Shown piece after piece: positions 11,488-21,237 of a DNA stretch of 64,000 nucleotides; positions within the stretch are counted from its first letter, which is position 1; each line of letters starts with the position of its first letter. The notes under the pieces were generated by a model that was not told the origin of the DNA, did no database searches, and saw only the letters and a program-made list of their open reading frames with translations. The stretch covers positions 302,039-366,038 of the forward strand of contig CAWGRH010000001.1 in the NCBI GenBank assembly GCA_963824905.1, in the 5' to 3' direction. This DNA comes from an uncultured Alphaproteobacteria bacterium. GTDB lineage: Bacteria; Pseudomonadota; Alphaproteobacteria; Rhizobiales; Xanthobacteraceae. Made by a program: the position numbers and the translations under genes.

Positions 11488-13161
11488 TCAGTCCTGCGGT
11501 TCGACCTTGATGATCGAGCCCTGGTGGTTGTTGCCGACCCAGAACGTCACCGGGTTCGTCGTGTTGTCGACGAACACCCGGCGGACGTTGGTTTCGCGGG
11601 GCAGCAGGTACTCGACGAACTTGCTGGTCTTGGGATCGAGCCGGGAGATGCGGTCGTTGAGCATCGAGCCGGTCCAGACTTCGCCGTTCTTGTCGAACGT
11701 CACGTCATAGGGCGACGCCCATTCGCTCGGCATCTCCCACTCCTTGAAGGTCTGCTCCTTGGTGTCGAACATCGCGATCTTGTTGCCGCGATAAAGGCCG
11801 AACCAGATGCGGCCCTCGTCGTCCATCTTGCCGCGGCGCGGCGCCGACTGCTTGGTCGGCAGCTCGAACAGCGTCGTCTGCCCGGTCTTGGCGTCGACCC
11901 GGCCGATGTGCTGCTGGGCGAAGTCGGTGAAGTAGATGTTGTTCTGCTTGTCCGGGATGATGTCGTAGATGTTGTGCGACTCTTCCGAGCCGGCCGCGCC
12001 CTTGAACGGCATGATCGTCTCGATCTCACCGGTCTTGAGGTCGAGGCGGTGCAGCGCGGCGAAACCGTTGTTCTGCGTCCACACCTTGCCGTCGACGGCG
12101 TCCGACTCCGGCCGCACCATGTTGACCTGGGCCATCGCCTTGTTCATCTCCGGCGGCAGGCTGAAGGTCTCGACCTTGCCCTTGGCGATGTCGAACTTGC
12201 CGACCGCGCCCTGGTACATCATGCCGAACCAGATGTTGCCGTCCTTGTCCTCGTGCATGCTGAGCGAACCGGCCGGCCAGCCCTCTTTGAGCTCGGGCAA
12301 CGCGATCTCGGTGACCTTGCCGGTCTTCGGATCCATCTTGCCGATGTTCTGCTCGCCGAAGTTCGTGTACCAGGCGGTGCCATCCTTGCCGATGATCACG
12401 TCGTGCGGCTCGATCGAGGAGCGCGGGAGGTCGTACTCGGTGATGATCACGTTGGTGGCGCGCCCGCTCGGCCGCGGCAGCGTCTTGAGCGGATAGTTCC
12501 AGGTGGTGTGCTCGGAGAGATTGACCGAGGAAAGGAATTCGGCGCGGTCCTGCTGGGCTTTGTTGCGGGTGTTGCCGCGTTCCTCGAGGAGCCGCTCGGC
12601 CTTGCGCAACTGGGGCCGGGTCGGGACGCTCTGGTTGGCGTAGGTGCCCATCCGCTTCTGCACGGCGAGGAACTCGTCGACGTCGTGGGTCGACCGCACG
12701 ATGCGTTCGACGGTGTGGCAGCTCACGCAGCCGAGGAGCGAGTCCTTCTGCTTCGGCGTGCCGGGCATGCTCTGGAGCCATTCGGCGTTGGTGAGATGGG
12801 CGGCGAGGTTCTTCGTCTTCTTGAGCTTGAGGTCGGCGGTCGCCGGCTTGTCGGCGGCGATCGATGCGGCGCCGTTGCCGTCGAGGTCGTAGCCGGCGGC
12901 GCGGATCTTGATCGCGTAGTCGCCGGGCTCGAGGCGGGAAGCCGGGAAGCTGTAGCGGCCGTCCTTGCCGGTGACGACAGTGGTGGCGATGGTCGAGCCG
13001 GCCTTCTTGGCGGTGACCAGGACCCCTTCCATCGGGCCCTCTTCGCTCGAGGTGACGACGCCGGTGAGCGCCGAAGCACCCTGGGCGCGCGACAGGTCGA
13101 CTGTCGCGCCCAGCATGAATGTGAAGCATACGCCGGCGAGCAGCGCGCTGCGCATCCGCAT
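11488..13161 (-). CDS. secreted Ig-like + CxxCH + beta-propeller protein, paralog 2
   Basis: Same architecture as 9651-11315, with CVSCH as the haem motif. The start is set at MRMRSALLAG (GGGAGG RBS); the ORF is open to 13302, but that upstream part is not signal-peptide-like. Confidence 0.85.
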   Translation of the reverse strand: MRMRSALLAGVCFTFMLGATVDLSRAQGASALTGVVTSSEEGPMEGVLVTAKKAGSTIATTVVTGKDGRYSFPASRLEPGDYAIKIRAAGYDLDGNGAASIAADKPATADLKLKKTKNLAAHLTNAEWLQSMPGTPKQKDSLLGCVSCHTVERIVRSTHDVDEFLAVQKRMGTYANQSVPTRPQLRKAERLLEERGNTRNKAQQDRAEFLSSVNLSEHTTWNYPLKTLPRPSGRATNVIITEYDLPRSSIEPHDVIIGKDGTAWYTNFGEQNIGKMDPKTGKVTEIALPELKEGWPAGSLSMHEDKDGNIWFGMMYQGAVGKFDIAKGKVETFSLPPEMNKAMAQVNMVRPESDAVDGKVWTQNNGFAALHRLDLKTGEIETIMPFKGAAGSEESHNIYDIIPDKQNNIYFTDFAQQHIGRVDAKTGQTTLFELPTKQSAPRRGKMDDEGRIWFGLYRGNKIAMFDTKEQTFKEWEMPSEWASPYDVTFDKNGEVWTGSMLNDRISRLDPKTSKFVEYLLPRETNVRRVFVDNTTNPVTFWVGNNHQGSIIKVEPQD

Positions 13162-13338
13162 CTCAAAATCCTCCCAAGGAGATGTCCCCGTATGGTAAGG
13201 CGGCCGGCACGCCATCTCCCGAAAAAACGCGCGCCGCCCGCGGGACTCCTGGAGTCCCTCCGGGTCGATTGCGACAATAAGGCAGGGCGGGAAACGCCGC
13301 AATCCCGCTTGGGCGCCGACCCCGCCTAAATCAGGGCC

Positions 13339-14724
13339 TCAATGGCGAAGTGCCGCACGCAAGGGCCGGTTGAAAAGGAGGATCGCGACCCCCGCCACGG
13401 CTGCGACCGCCGCGATCATCAGGAAGAAGGCGGGCTTGCCCATCGACGACCAGAAGCTGCCGAGATAGCCGGCGAGGAAATTGCCGGTGAAGCTCGTCGC
13501 CAGCCACACCCCCATCATCATGGCGAGGTGGCGCGCCGGCGCGACCTTGGAGACCAGCGAGAGCCCGATCGGCGAGATGTAGAGCTCGCCCAGGGTGATG
13601 ACCACGAAATAGGCGAACAGCCACGTCCAGCTCGCCTTGGCGGGCCCGGCATAGGCCGCGGCCGCCGCCATGATGAGGTACGCGGCGGCTGAGCCGAAGC
13701 AGCCGAACGCCATCTTGGTCAGCGTCGACGGCTCGGCGGCGCGCTTTGCCTGATAGGCCCAGAACGCCACCACGAACGGGGTGAAGGCGAAGATCAGGAG
13801 CGGATTGACCGCCTGGAACCAGGTGGTCGGGATTTCCGTCGTGAAGAACAGGAGGTTCAGCGTGCGGTCGGTGTTCTGGTCGGCCCACAGCGCAATGGTA
13901 TTGCCTTGCTGCTCGTAGGTCGCCCAGAACAGGCTCGTCGGGATGAACAGGATCGCCAGCGCCCAGATGGCGCGCCGCTCCTCGGGGCTGAGCGAGGACT
14001 TCTCTCCGGGGATATGCCGCGACAGCCGGTCGGGCGGCAGCTTCGGCGAGGCATAGAGATAGATCGCAAGCCCGATCAGCATGCCGACGCCGGCGGCGCC
14101 GAAGCCCCAGTGCCAGCCGACCCGCTCGCCGAGCGTCCCGCACACGAGAGGCGCCAGGAACGCGCCGAGATTGATCCCGACATAGAAGATCGAATAGGCG
14201 CGGTCGCGGCGGGGATCGCCGGGCGGGTAGAGCTCGCCGACCTGCGAGGACATGTTCGGCTTGAAGGCGCCGTTGCCGAGGATGAGGAGGGTGAGCGCGA
14301 ACAGCAGCAGCGGCTCGAACGCCATCATGAAATGGCCGATCGCCATCAGCGACGCGCCGATGATGACGGTGCGGCGCTGCCCGAGCACGCGGTCGGCAAG
14401 GTAGCCGCCGATGACCGGGGTGAGATAGACGAGGCCGGTGTAGAGCCCGTAGATCTGCGATGCGAGCGGCTGGATGCCGAGCGGGCCGAACACCGCTTCG
14501 AGCCCGTGCGTGAGCGTTGCGAGGCCGATGACGGTCTCCGCCGTCCCGGGCTGGAAGGCGTATTTCACCATGTAGAGCACGAGGAGGGCGCGCATCCCGT
14601 AATAGGAGAAGCGCTCCCACATCTCGGTCGCGAACAGATAGGGCAGGGCCGGCGGATGGCCGAGGAAATCGGCCGGGGCGGCGGGTTGCGCCGCGGCGGA
14701 ATCACGGAGGGCTGTCTCGCTCAT
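13339..14724 (-). CDS. proton-dependent oligopeptide transporter (POT/PTR2 family, DtpT-like)
   Basis: PTR2 signatures (ATEMWERFSYYGMRALLVLYM, GGYLADRVLGQRRT, FYVGINLGAF) and about 12 TM segments. Confidence 0.9.
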   Translation of the reverse strand: MSETALRDSAAAQPAAPADFLGHPPALPYLFATEMWERFSYYGMRALLVLYMVKYAFQPGTAETVIGLATLTHGLEAVFGPLGIQPLASQIYGLYTGLVYLTPVIGGYLADRVLGQRRTVIIGASLMAIGHFMMAFEPLLLFALTLLILGNGAFKPNMSSQVGELYPPGDPRRDRAYSIFYVGINLGAFLAPLVCGTLGERVGWHWGFGAAGVGMLIGLAIYLYASPKLPPDRLSRHIPGEKSSLSPEERRAIWALAILFIPTSLFWATYEQQGNTIALWADQNTDRTLNLLFFTTEIPTTWFQAVNPLLIFAFTPFVVAFWAYQAKRAAEPSTLTKMAFGCFGSAAAYLIMAAAAAYAGPAKASWTWLFAYFVVITLGELYISPIGLSLVSKVAPARHLAMMMGVWLATSFTGNFLAGYLGSFWSSMGKPAFFLMIAAVAAVAGVAILLFNRPLRAALRH

Positions 14725-14794
14725 GCGGGGGTAATGATAGCGCGGTCGTCAGCAAGTGGGAGAGGGCGCTCTTCGCAGGCGGCGTGAGCGGTGC

Positions 14795-14901
14795 TTCCTC
14801 CCCCTGAAAGGGGGAGGGCAGGGAGGGGAGGCCCGGGCGGCAATGTTTGCGACTCGTCAGCGGACCCCCACCCCAACCCTCCCCCTTTCAGGGGGAGGGA
14901 G
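14795..14901. repeat. intergenic palindromic repeat, family D (ctccccctgaaagggggaggg ... ccctccccctttcagggggaggg)
   Basis: Two GC hairpins flank ccccaccccaaccctcccc. A second copy lies at 41042-41159. Confidence 0.85.
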
Positions 14902-14964
14902 TTCGGGGCTGAGCCGCTCAGCTTTTGTATGGTGCACGGAATTGCATAGTGGAATCCAAATTCG

Positions 14965-15605
14965 ATGCTCGTCCTCGATCATCTCATCCATCGTCGCGCC
15001 GACCCTCGAGGAGGGCGCGGCGCATGTCCGCGAACAGATCGGCATCGATATGCAAGTCGGGAGGCAGGCACCCGGAGATGGGGACGCACAACCTGCTGCT
15101 CCGCCTGGGCGACGATGTCTTTCTCGAGGTGATCGCCGTCGATCCCGCCGCCGCTCGCCCGGCAGGGCCGCGCTGGTTCGGCCTTGCCGACGAGGCCGCC
15201 ATACGCGCCGCGTGGACCGACGGTCGCCGGCTCCGCGGCTTCGTCGCGCGTACCGATGATCTCGACGGCATCCTCGCCGCCCACGGCGATCTCCTCGGCC
15301 GCAAGACATCGGTATCGCGCGGCGACCGCCGCTGGTTCTTCTCCGTTCGTGCGGACGGGCTACTGCCGGCAGGCGGCGCGGTGCCGCCGGTAATCGACTG
15401 GGGTCCGCGGGGATGCCCGGCGCCCGATATGCCGGACCTTGGAGCGAGGCTCGTCGGATTCGAGATCGAGCACCCCGATCCGGCCTGGCTCGAAGACCTT
15501 TATGCGCAGTTGAACTTCACCAATCCGCCGGTGGTGCGAAGGGGGCCCGAAATCCGGCTCCGCGCAATGATCGACACGCCTGGCGGGGTGAGGGAGCTGC
15601 GCTGA
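14965..15605 (+). pseudogene. VOC / glyoxalase-like-domain protein (Glyoxalase_3-type), N-terminus disrupted by two +1 frameshifts
   Basis: MLVLDHLI (frame 1), APTLEEGAAHVREQIGIDMQVG (frame 2) and GRHPEMGTHNLLLRLGDDVFLEVIAVDP... (frame 0) read as one family-typical N-terminus only if bases near 14989 and 15062 are skipped. Confidence 0.6.
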
Positions 15606-15631
15606 GCGGAGCCGCGATGCCCGCCGCGCCC

Positions 15632-17690
15632 TCACACGTCCAGCGCATCCGTATTGGCGAATTCCGCGCGTTCCTGGATGAATTCGAACCGCGCCTCGGC
15701 CTTGGTGCCCATCAGCCGCTCGACCGACTTCTGCGTGTCGGCGCGGTCGTCCGGGACCAGCATGACCTTGAGAATCGTGCGCTTCTTCGGGTCCATGGTG
15801 GTTTCCTTGAGCTGCGCCGGCATCATCTCGCCGAGCCCCTTGAAGCGGCCGATCTCGACATTGGCGTTGGCGCGGAATTCGCGCCCCATGATCTCGGCCT
15901 TGTGCGCGTCATTGCGTGCGTAGAACACCCTGCCGCCGTGGGCGAGCCGGTAGAGCGGCGGCACCGCGAGATAGAGATGGCCGGAGTCGATGAGCTGCGG
16001 CATCTGCCGGTAGAAGAAGGTGATCAGCAGTGACGCGATGTGGGCGCCGTCGACGTCGGCGTCGGTCATGATGATGACCTTCTCGTAGCGCAGATCCTCG
16101 CCGCGATAGTGGGCGCCGGTGCCGCAGCCGAGCGCCTGGACGAGGTCGGTGAGCTGCTGGTTCTGGGCGAGCTTGTCCTTGCCGGCGCTCGCGACGTTGA
16201 GGATCTTGCCGCGCAGCGGCAGGATCGCCTGGTTCGACCGGTTGCGCGCCTGCTTCGCCGAGCCGCCGGCGGAATCGCCTTCGACGATGAAGATTTCCGA
16301 GCCCTCGGAAGCGCTGTCCGAGCAATCGGCGAGCTTGCCGGGAAGGCGCGACTTGCGGCCGAGCGACTTCCTCGCGATCTCCTTCTCCTGGCGGCGGCGG
16401 ATGCGCTCGTCGGCGCGATCCACCACCCAGTCGAGCGAGCTTGTTGGCCTGCGCCGGATTGCCGGCGAGCCAGTGGTCGAACTGGTCCTTGACCGCGCTT
16501 TCGACGATGCGCGTCGCCTCGGCGGTGGCGAGCCGGTCCTTGGTCTGGCCCTGGAATTCCGGCTCGCGGATGAACACCGAGAGCATCGCCGCCGCCCCGG
16601 TCATCACGTCATCGCTCGTCACCGGAGCCGCGCGCTTGCCCTGGCCGACGCGCTCGGCGTGGTCCTTGAGGGCGCGCAGCAGCGCGCTGCGCAGGCCGGA
16701 CTCGTGGGTGCCGCCGTCGCCGGTCGGAACGGTATTGCAATAGGAGGAGATGAAGCCGTCGGCGTCGGCGACCCAGGCGACCGCCCATTCGACGGCGCCG
16801 TTGGCGCCCGCCCGGCCCGACTTTCCGGTGAAGATGTCGGGATGGACGAGGATCTGCCCGGTCACGGCGGCGAGGAGATAGTCCTTGAGGCCGTCGGGGA
16901 AGTGGAAGCGCTCCTCCTCCGGCACGCCCTCGATGCCGTGCAGAAGCTCCTTGTCGCAATGCCAGCGGATTTCGACGCCGCCGAACAGATACGCCTTGGC
17001 GCGCGCCATCTTGAACAGGCGCTGCGGGTTGAACTTCGCCTTGCCGCCGAAAATCTGCGCGTCCGGCTTGAAGCGCACCTTGGTGCCGCGCCGGTTGGGC
17101 GTGCGCCCGAGCTTCTCGAGGCCGCCCTTGGGAATGCCGCGCTCGAACGTCTGCCGATAGAGCTGGCCGCCGGTCGCGACCTCGACCTCGAGCCGCTCCG
17201 AGAGCGCGTTCACCACGGAGACGCCGACGCCGTGCAGGCCGCCCGAGGTCTCGTAGACCTTGGAGTCGAACTTGCCGCCGGCGTGGAGCGTGCACATCAC
17301 CACTTCGAGGGCGGACTTCTTCGGGAATTTCGGATGCGGATCGACCGGGATGCCGCGGCCGTTGTCGGTGACGGCGAGGTAGCCGTCGGCCTCAAGCTCG
17401 ACCTCGATGAAGGTCGCGTGGCCGGCGAGCGCCTCGTCCATGGCGTTGTCGATCACCTCGGCGAACAGGTGATGGAGCGCCTTCTCGTCGGTGCCGCCGA
17501 TATACATGCCGGGCCGCCGGCGCACCGGCTCGAGGCCTTCCAGCACCTCGATGTCGTGGGCGGTATAGGAGTTGCCGTTGCCGTTGCGGGGCGTCTCGCT
17601 GCGCTTTGCCCGCGGTGCCGGACTTTCCGCGAACAGGTCGCGGGTCGCAGGCGACTTCTTCGGTGACTTGGCGGCGGCGGATTTGGCCAT
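15632..17690 (-). pseudogene. parE: DNA topoisomerase IV subunit B (ParE), interrupted by a single extra base near 16437
   Basis: The N-terminal ORF (GHKL ATPase, ...HWLAGNPAQANKL) and the C-terminal ORF (LDWVVDRADERIRRRQEKE...EGDSAGGSAKQARNR...TOPRIM) join seamlessly if one nt is removed. This essential gene makes an assembly indel likely. Confidence 0.9.
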
Positions 17691-17863
17691 GCTTGTCCGA
17701 TACGGTCTGGCCGGAGGTCCGGCAGAGTTAAGTCGTGCATAAGCAAAGAGTTGTGTCGATATCCTGACAGTTTATGTAAGGTGCTGTCGGCGATTCGCCA
17801 CGGTCTCATATTGCCACGGCCTTGGACCAAATCATGACGAATTATCGCGGGACGCGGGGGTGT

Positions 17864-17975
17864 GTAGCCCGGATTGAGCGGCAGCGAAATCCGGGGTTGG
17901 GCGTGGCGGCTCACCGCGGCGCTGCGATTGGGCGTCGGCCCCCCGGGTTTCGCTGGCGCTCAACCCGGGCTGCGG
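17864..17975. repeat. intergenic palindromic repeat, family G (gtagcccggat...atccggg)
   Basis: gtagcccggattgagcggcagcgaaatccgggg plus a second hairpin ccccgggtttcgc...caacccgggc. A related copy lies at 21545-21626. Confidence 0.75.
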
Positions 17976-18073
17976 GGCACAACCTCAATTGACCGCATTG
18001 CCGCAACAGGGCACAAAATCGCAAAGCCGATCCAAAATTCGGCCGAACTAAATTTCGCTCCAGGGAGAGAACC

Positions 18074-18904
18074 ATGCGGCATGCACTTTATCTGCTGGCG
18101 CTCGGCGTTTGCGCCAATGCGCTGATCAGCGCCTCGGCCTCCGCACAGGCGGCGCCCGAAGTCACCCTGACCCGGCTTGATTGCGGCACCCCCAATCCGC
18201 CGACCGAGCTCAACCAGCGTTTCTCCGACACCTACGCCTTTCCCGGTATGAAGCTGCAGCTCGTCTACAGCTGTTACCTCATAAAGCACGGCAACGAGTA
18301 CATGGTGTGGGACAGCGGCCATTCCATGTCCGCGGGCGCGGTGGCGCCGAAGGTGCCGATCACCGAGCTTCTGGGCAAGCTCGAGCTCAAGCCTGAGCAG
18401 ATCAAGTATATCGGCATCAGCCACTATCACGGCGACCATATCGGCCAGGTCGGCACGCTGCCGAAGTCGACGCTTCTCATCGGCAAGGGCGACTGGGACG
18501 TGCTGGTCGACGCCAATGCAGCGAAGGCTGCCGGCACCGATAATGCGAACTTCACGAACTGGATCAGCGGTGGCGGAAAGGTCGAGCCGGTGCGGCTCGA
18601 CAAGGACGTGTTCGGCGACGGCACCGTCCAGATGCTCAACACGCCCGGGCACACGCCCGGCCACCACGTCCTCCTCGTCAATCTCAAGGAGACGGGCCCG
18701 GTCATTCTCTCAGGCGATATGGCGCATTTCCGCGAGAACTACGACCTCAATGGCGTGCCGAGCTTCAACTCCGACCGCTCGCAGTCCATTGCGTCGGTCG
18801 AGCGGGTCAAGCAGCTCGCGAAGAACCTCAAGGCGACGGTCATCATTCAGCACGACCCGCGCGACGTCAGCAAGCTGCCGGCGTTCCCGGCGGCCGCGAA
18901 GTAG
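18074..18904 (+). CDS. secreted MBL-fold metallo-hydrolase (N-acyl-homoserine-lactonase-like)
   Basis: Sec signal peptide (ASASAQAAP). HxHxDH motif SHYHGDHIG, later TPGHTPGH and a D/H ligand region. GGAGAG RBS. Confidence 0.85.
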   Translation: MRHALYLLALGVCANALISASASAQAAPEVTLTRLDCGTPNPPTELNQRFSDTYAFPGMKLQLVYSCYLIKHGNEYMVWDSGHSMSAGAVAPKVPITELLGKLELKPEQIKYIGISHYHGDHIGQVGTLPKSTLLIGKGDWDVLVDANAAKAAGTDNANFTNWISGGGKVEPVRLDKDVFGDGTVQMLNTPGHTPGHHVLLVNLKETGPVILSGDMAHFRENYDLNGVPSFNSDRSQSIASVERVKQLAKNLKATVIIQHDPRDVSKLPAFPAAAK

Positions 18905-18908
18905 ACCC

Positions 18909-19010
18909 CGTCATTCCGGGGCGCCGCGTGAGCGGCGAACCCGGAATCCAGGCTCTTTTGCAGCGGTTTCTGAATCCGGGTTCCGGCCTGCGGCCGGCCC
19001 CGGAACGACG
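18909..19010. repeat. intergenic palindromic repeat, family A
   Basis: cgtcattccggggcgccgcg...gaacccggaatcc...gaatccgggttc...ccccggaacgacg forms nested inverted repeats. Confidence 0.8.
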
Positions 19011-19136
19011 CCGAAATGCGCGCTCAAGACCCACCTGATCGGCACAGTTACGCGCCCAGCCCTTGCGACGACACGCATCATGCAGCGGTTGTTCGATACC
19101 GACGCGACCGGGCCGCGTCCGCGGTAAACTCCCCTC

Positions 19137-19667
19137 ATGTCCATCGAGAGCTACACCGAAGCATTGGTCGACTTCATCCGTGTCCACGAGGTGTGGGCGG
19201 GGCCGATCGTCGGCGCGCTCGCGTTCGCGGAATCGCTCGCCTTCATCTCGCTCCTGGTGCCGGCCTGGTCCATCCTGATCGCAATCGGCGCGCTGATCGG
19301 CGGCAGCGGCATCAGCTTCTGGCCGATCCTCGTCGCCGGCGCGGTCGGCGCGGCGCTCGGCGACTGGCTGTCCTACTGGGTCGGCCTCAAGCTCGGGCCG
19401 GCGGTCGCGAACATCTGGCCGCTGTCGCGCCATCCCGATCTGATCCCGCGCGGCGAGAGCTTCGTGAAGAGGTGGGGCCCGCTCGCGATCGTCATCGGCC
19501 GCTTCTTCGGGCCGTTGCGCGCCTCGGTGCCGCTGGCGGCCGGCATCTTCGCCATGCCGTTCTGGCCGTTTCAGGCCGCGAACTTCTCCTCCGCCTTCGT
19601 GTGGGCGGCGATGCTGCTCACGATCGGCGACGGCATTGCCAAGATTTTCGAGGTCATCTGGGGCTGA
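19137..19667 (+). CDS. dedA: DedA/SNARE-associated family membrane protein
   Basis: 176 aa with a DedA-type pattern (AESLAFISLLVPAWSILIAIGALIG..., GRFFGPLRASVPLAAG). Confidence 0.85.
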   Translation: MSIESYTEALVDFIRVHEVWAGPIVGALAFAESLAFISLLVPAWSILIAIGALIGGSGISFWPILVAGAVGAALGDWLSYWVGLKLGPAVANIWPLSRHPDLIPRGESFVKRWGPLAIVIGRFFGPLRASVPLAAGIFAMPFWPFQAANFSSAFVWAAMLLTIGDGIAKIFEVIWG

Positions 19668-19703
19668 TCTGATAATCTCCTTAGAAAATCAGGGAGGACA
19701 TCC

Positions 19704-20696
19704 ATGAGCATTCTGTCGCGACGTTCGATCCTTGCCGGCAGCGCCGCTGGCGCCGCTGCCACCGCGTTCAACTGGACGCCCGCCCGCGCGCTGGCGCCCG
19801 TCGCCGAGAACCAGGCGGCGAGCTTCTACCGCTACAAGCTGGGATCGATGGAGATCACGGTGGTGAGCGACGGCGTCGCCAAGGTGCCGGTGACCGAGGC
19901 GTTCATCCCCAATGTCAAGGTCGAGGAGGTCAAGGCCGCGCTCGCCTCCTCCTTCCTGGACCCCAACGTCTTCGTCGGCCCCTACAATCCGATCGTGATC
20001 AACACGGGATCGCGGCTCATCGCCGTCGACATGGGCACCGGCGAAGCGAACTTCAACGCGACCAAGGGCGTCGCCGGGCAATTGCTCAAGAACATGACCG
20101 CCGCCGGCATCGATCCCAAGTCGATCGACACCGTGCTTATCTCCCACTACCACGGCGACCACATCAACGGCCTGTTGCGCGCCGACGGCTCGCTCGCCTT
20201 TCCCAATGCGGAGGTGCTGGTGCCGGCCCCGGAGCACAAATACTGGACGGACGCAGGCGAAGAGAGCCGCTCGGCGACGCCGCGCATCGCCGACAACTTC
20301 AAGAACGTGCGCCGCGTCTTGAACCCGGAGGTGCTCAAGCGCCTGCGCACCTACGAGTGGGACAAGGAGGTGCTGCCGGGCATCATGGCGGTCGCCACCC
20401 CCGGACACACACCGGGGCACACCTCGCACATCATCTCCTCGGGCCCGGCCACGGTTTACGTGCAGGCCGACGTGACCCACGCCCCGTTCCTGTTCGCCCG
20501 CCATCCCGGCTGGCACGCCTTCTACGACCACGAACCGGTCCAGGCCGAGGCGACGCGCCGCAAGGTCTACGACATGCTGGCGGCGGAGAAGATCACGGTG
20601 CAGGGCTTCCACTATCCGTTCCCCTCGGTCGCCCATGTCGAGAAGACCGCGGACGGCTACCGGGAAATTCCGATCGTGTGGAATCCGAGCCTTTAA
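19704..20696 (+). CDS. Tat-exported MBL-fold metallo-hydrolase
   Basis: Twin-arginine signal MSILSRRSILAGSAAGAAA...ARA. SHYHGDHINGL HxHxDH motif. TPGHTPGH. GGAGG RBS. Confidence 0.87.
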   Translation: MSILSRRSILAGSAAGAAATAFNWTPARALAPVAENQAASFYRYKLGSMEITVVSDGVAKVPVTEAFIPNVKVEEVKAALASSFLDPNVFVGPYNPIVINTGSRLIAVDMGTGEANFNATKGVAGQLLKNMTAAGIDPKSIDTVLISHYHGDHINGLLRADGSLAFPNAEVLVPAPEHKYWTDAGEESRSATPRIADNFKNVRRVLNPEVLKRLRTYEWDKEVLPGIMAVATPGHTPGHTSHIISSGPATVYVQADVTHAPFLFARHPGWHAFYDHEPVQAEATRRKVYDMLAAEKITVQGFHYPFPSVAHVEKTADGYREIPIVWNPSL

Positions 20697-20728
20697 GACG
20701 CTCGTTCTTCCCATATCACTTCAAGTCC

Positions 20729-20764
20729 GATCGCCGGGGCCCGTGCCCCGGCGATCGTCTATTT
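20729..20764 (+). terminator. intrinsic terminator after MBL gene
   Basis: gatcgccgggg-cccgtg-ccccggcgatc is a perfect 11-bp stem, followed by gtctattt. Confidence 0.6.
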
Positions 20765-20872
20765 GCGCCCAAACGACCCGAAGAGAATCGTCGTCGTCCC
20801 CGTCATTTTTACTTTGAGTTAAATTTTCGCTGCGAGTTTGGAGAAACCCTTAAGCACGGGTGGGGGGACCCA

Positions 20873-21103
20873 ATGCAGATCACTGCCGACGAGGCAGCCT
20901 TCGTCTATGCGCGCGCCTGCCGCTCCTGGTACGGCGGCGGTGCGCGGCGCAAGATCATGGCGCAGATGGAGGAGCTCCGGGACGCGGGCGACCCCCGGGC
21001 GCTGCGGATCTGCAAGCTGATTGCGGAGGAGCTTTCAAAGCTCGATGCACAACAGCGGGAAGAGCGCCCGAAGGCGACCCCGCTGGCGCAGGCGAACCGC
21101 TAG
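20873..21103 (+). CDS. hypothetical small protein (76 aa)
   Basis: ATG preceded by a GGGGGG RBS. Helical, charged sequence MQITADEAAFVYARACRSWYGG...; no family recognised. Confidence 0.45.
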   Translation: MQITADEAAFVYARACRSWYGGGARRKIMAQMEELRDAGDPRALRICKLIAEELSKLDAQQREERPKATPLAQANR

Positions 21104-21237
21104 AGGAGGCCCCAAAACGGCACCGGGCCCGGCCCGAAGGCCAGACCCGGCTTTTGTCTCTGTGGGGTGTTTTCTTTGGGGTAAGGGCAGGGTGCCGGGG
21201 GGCTGGCACCCTGGGAAATCAGTGGGTTGACTGCCGG

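Noticed and set aside
9117-13329. Long plus-strand ORFs (715 aa and 644 aa) antisense to the two beta-propeller genes. Similar cases are 29700-32555 (-, 951 aa), 448-1872 (-), 47175-48638 (-) and 48974-50374 (+).
   Set aside because: Their translations are Arg/Gly/Asp/His-rich with no recognisable motifs, and each lies exactly opposite a gene with a clear family assignment. These are typical stop-poor shadow frames in high-GC DNA.
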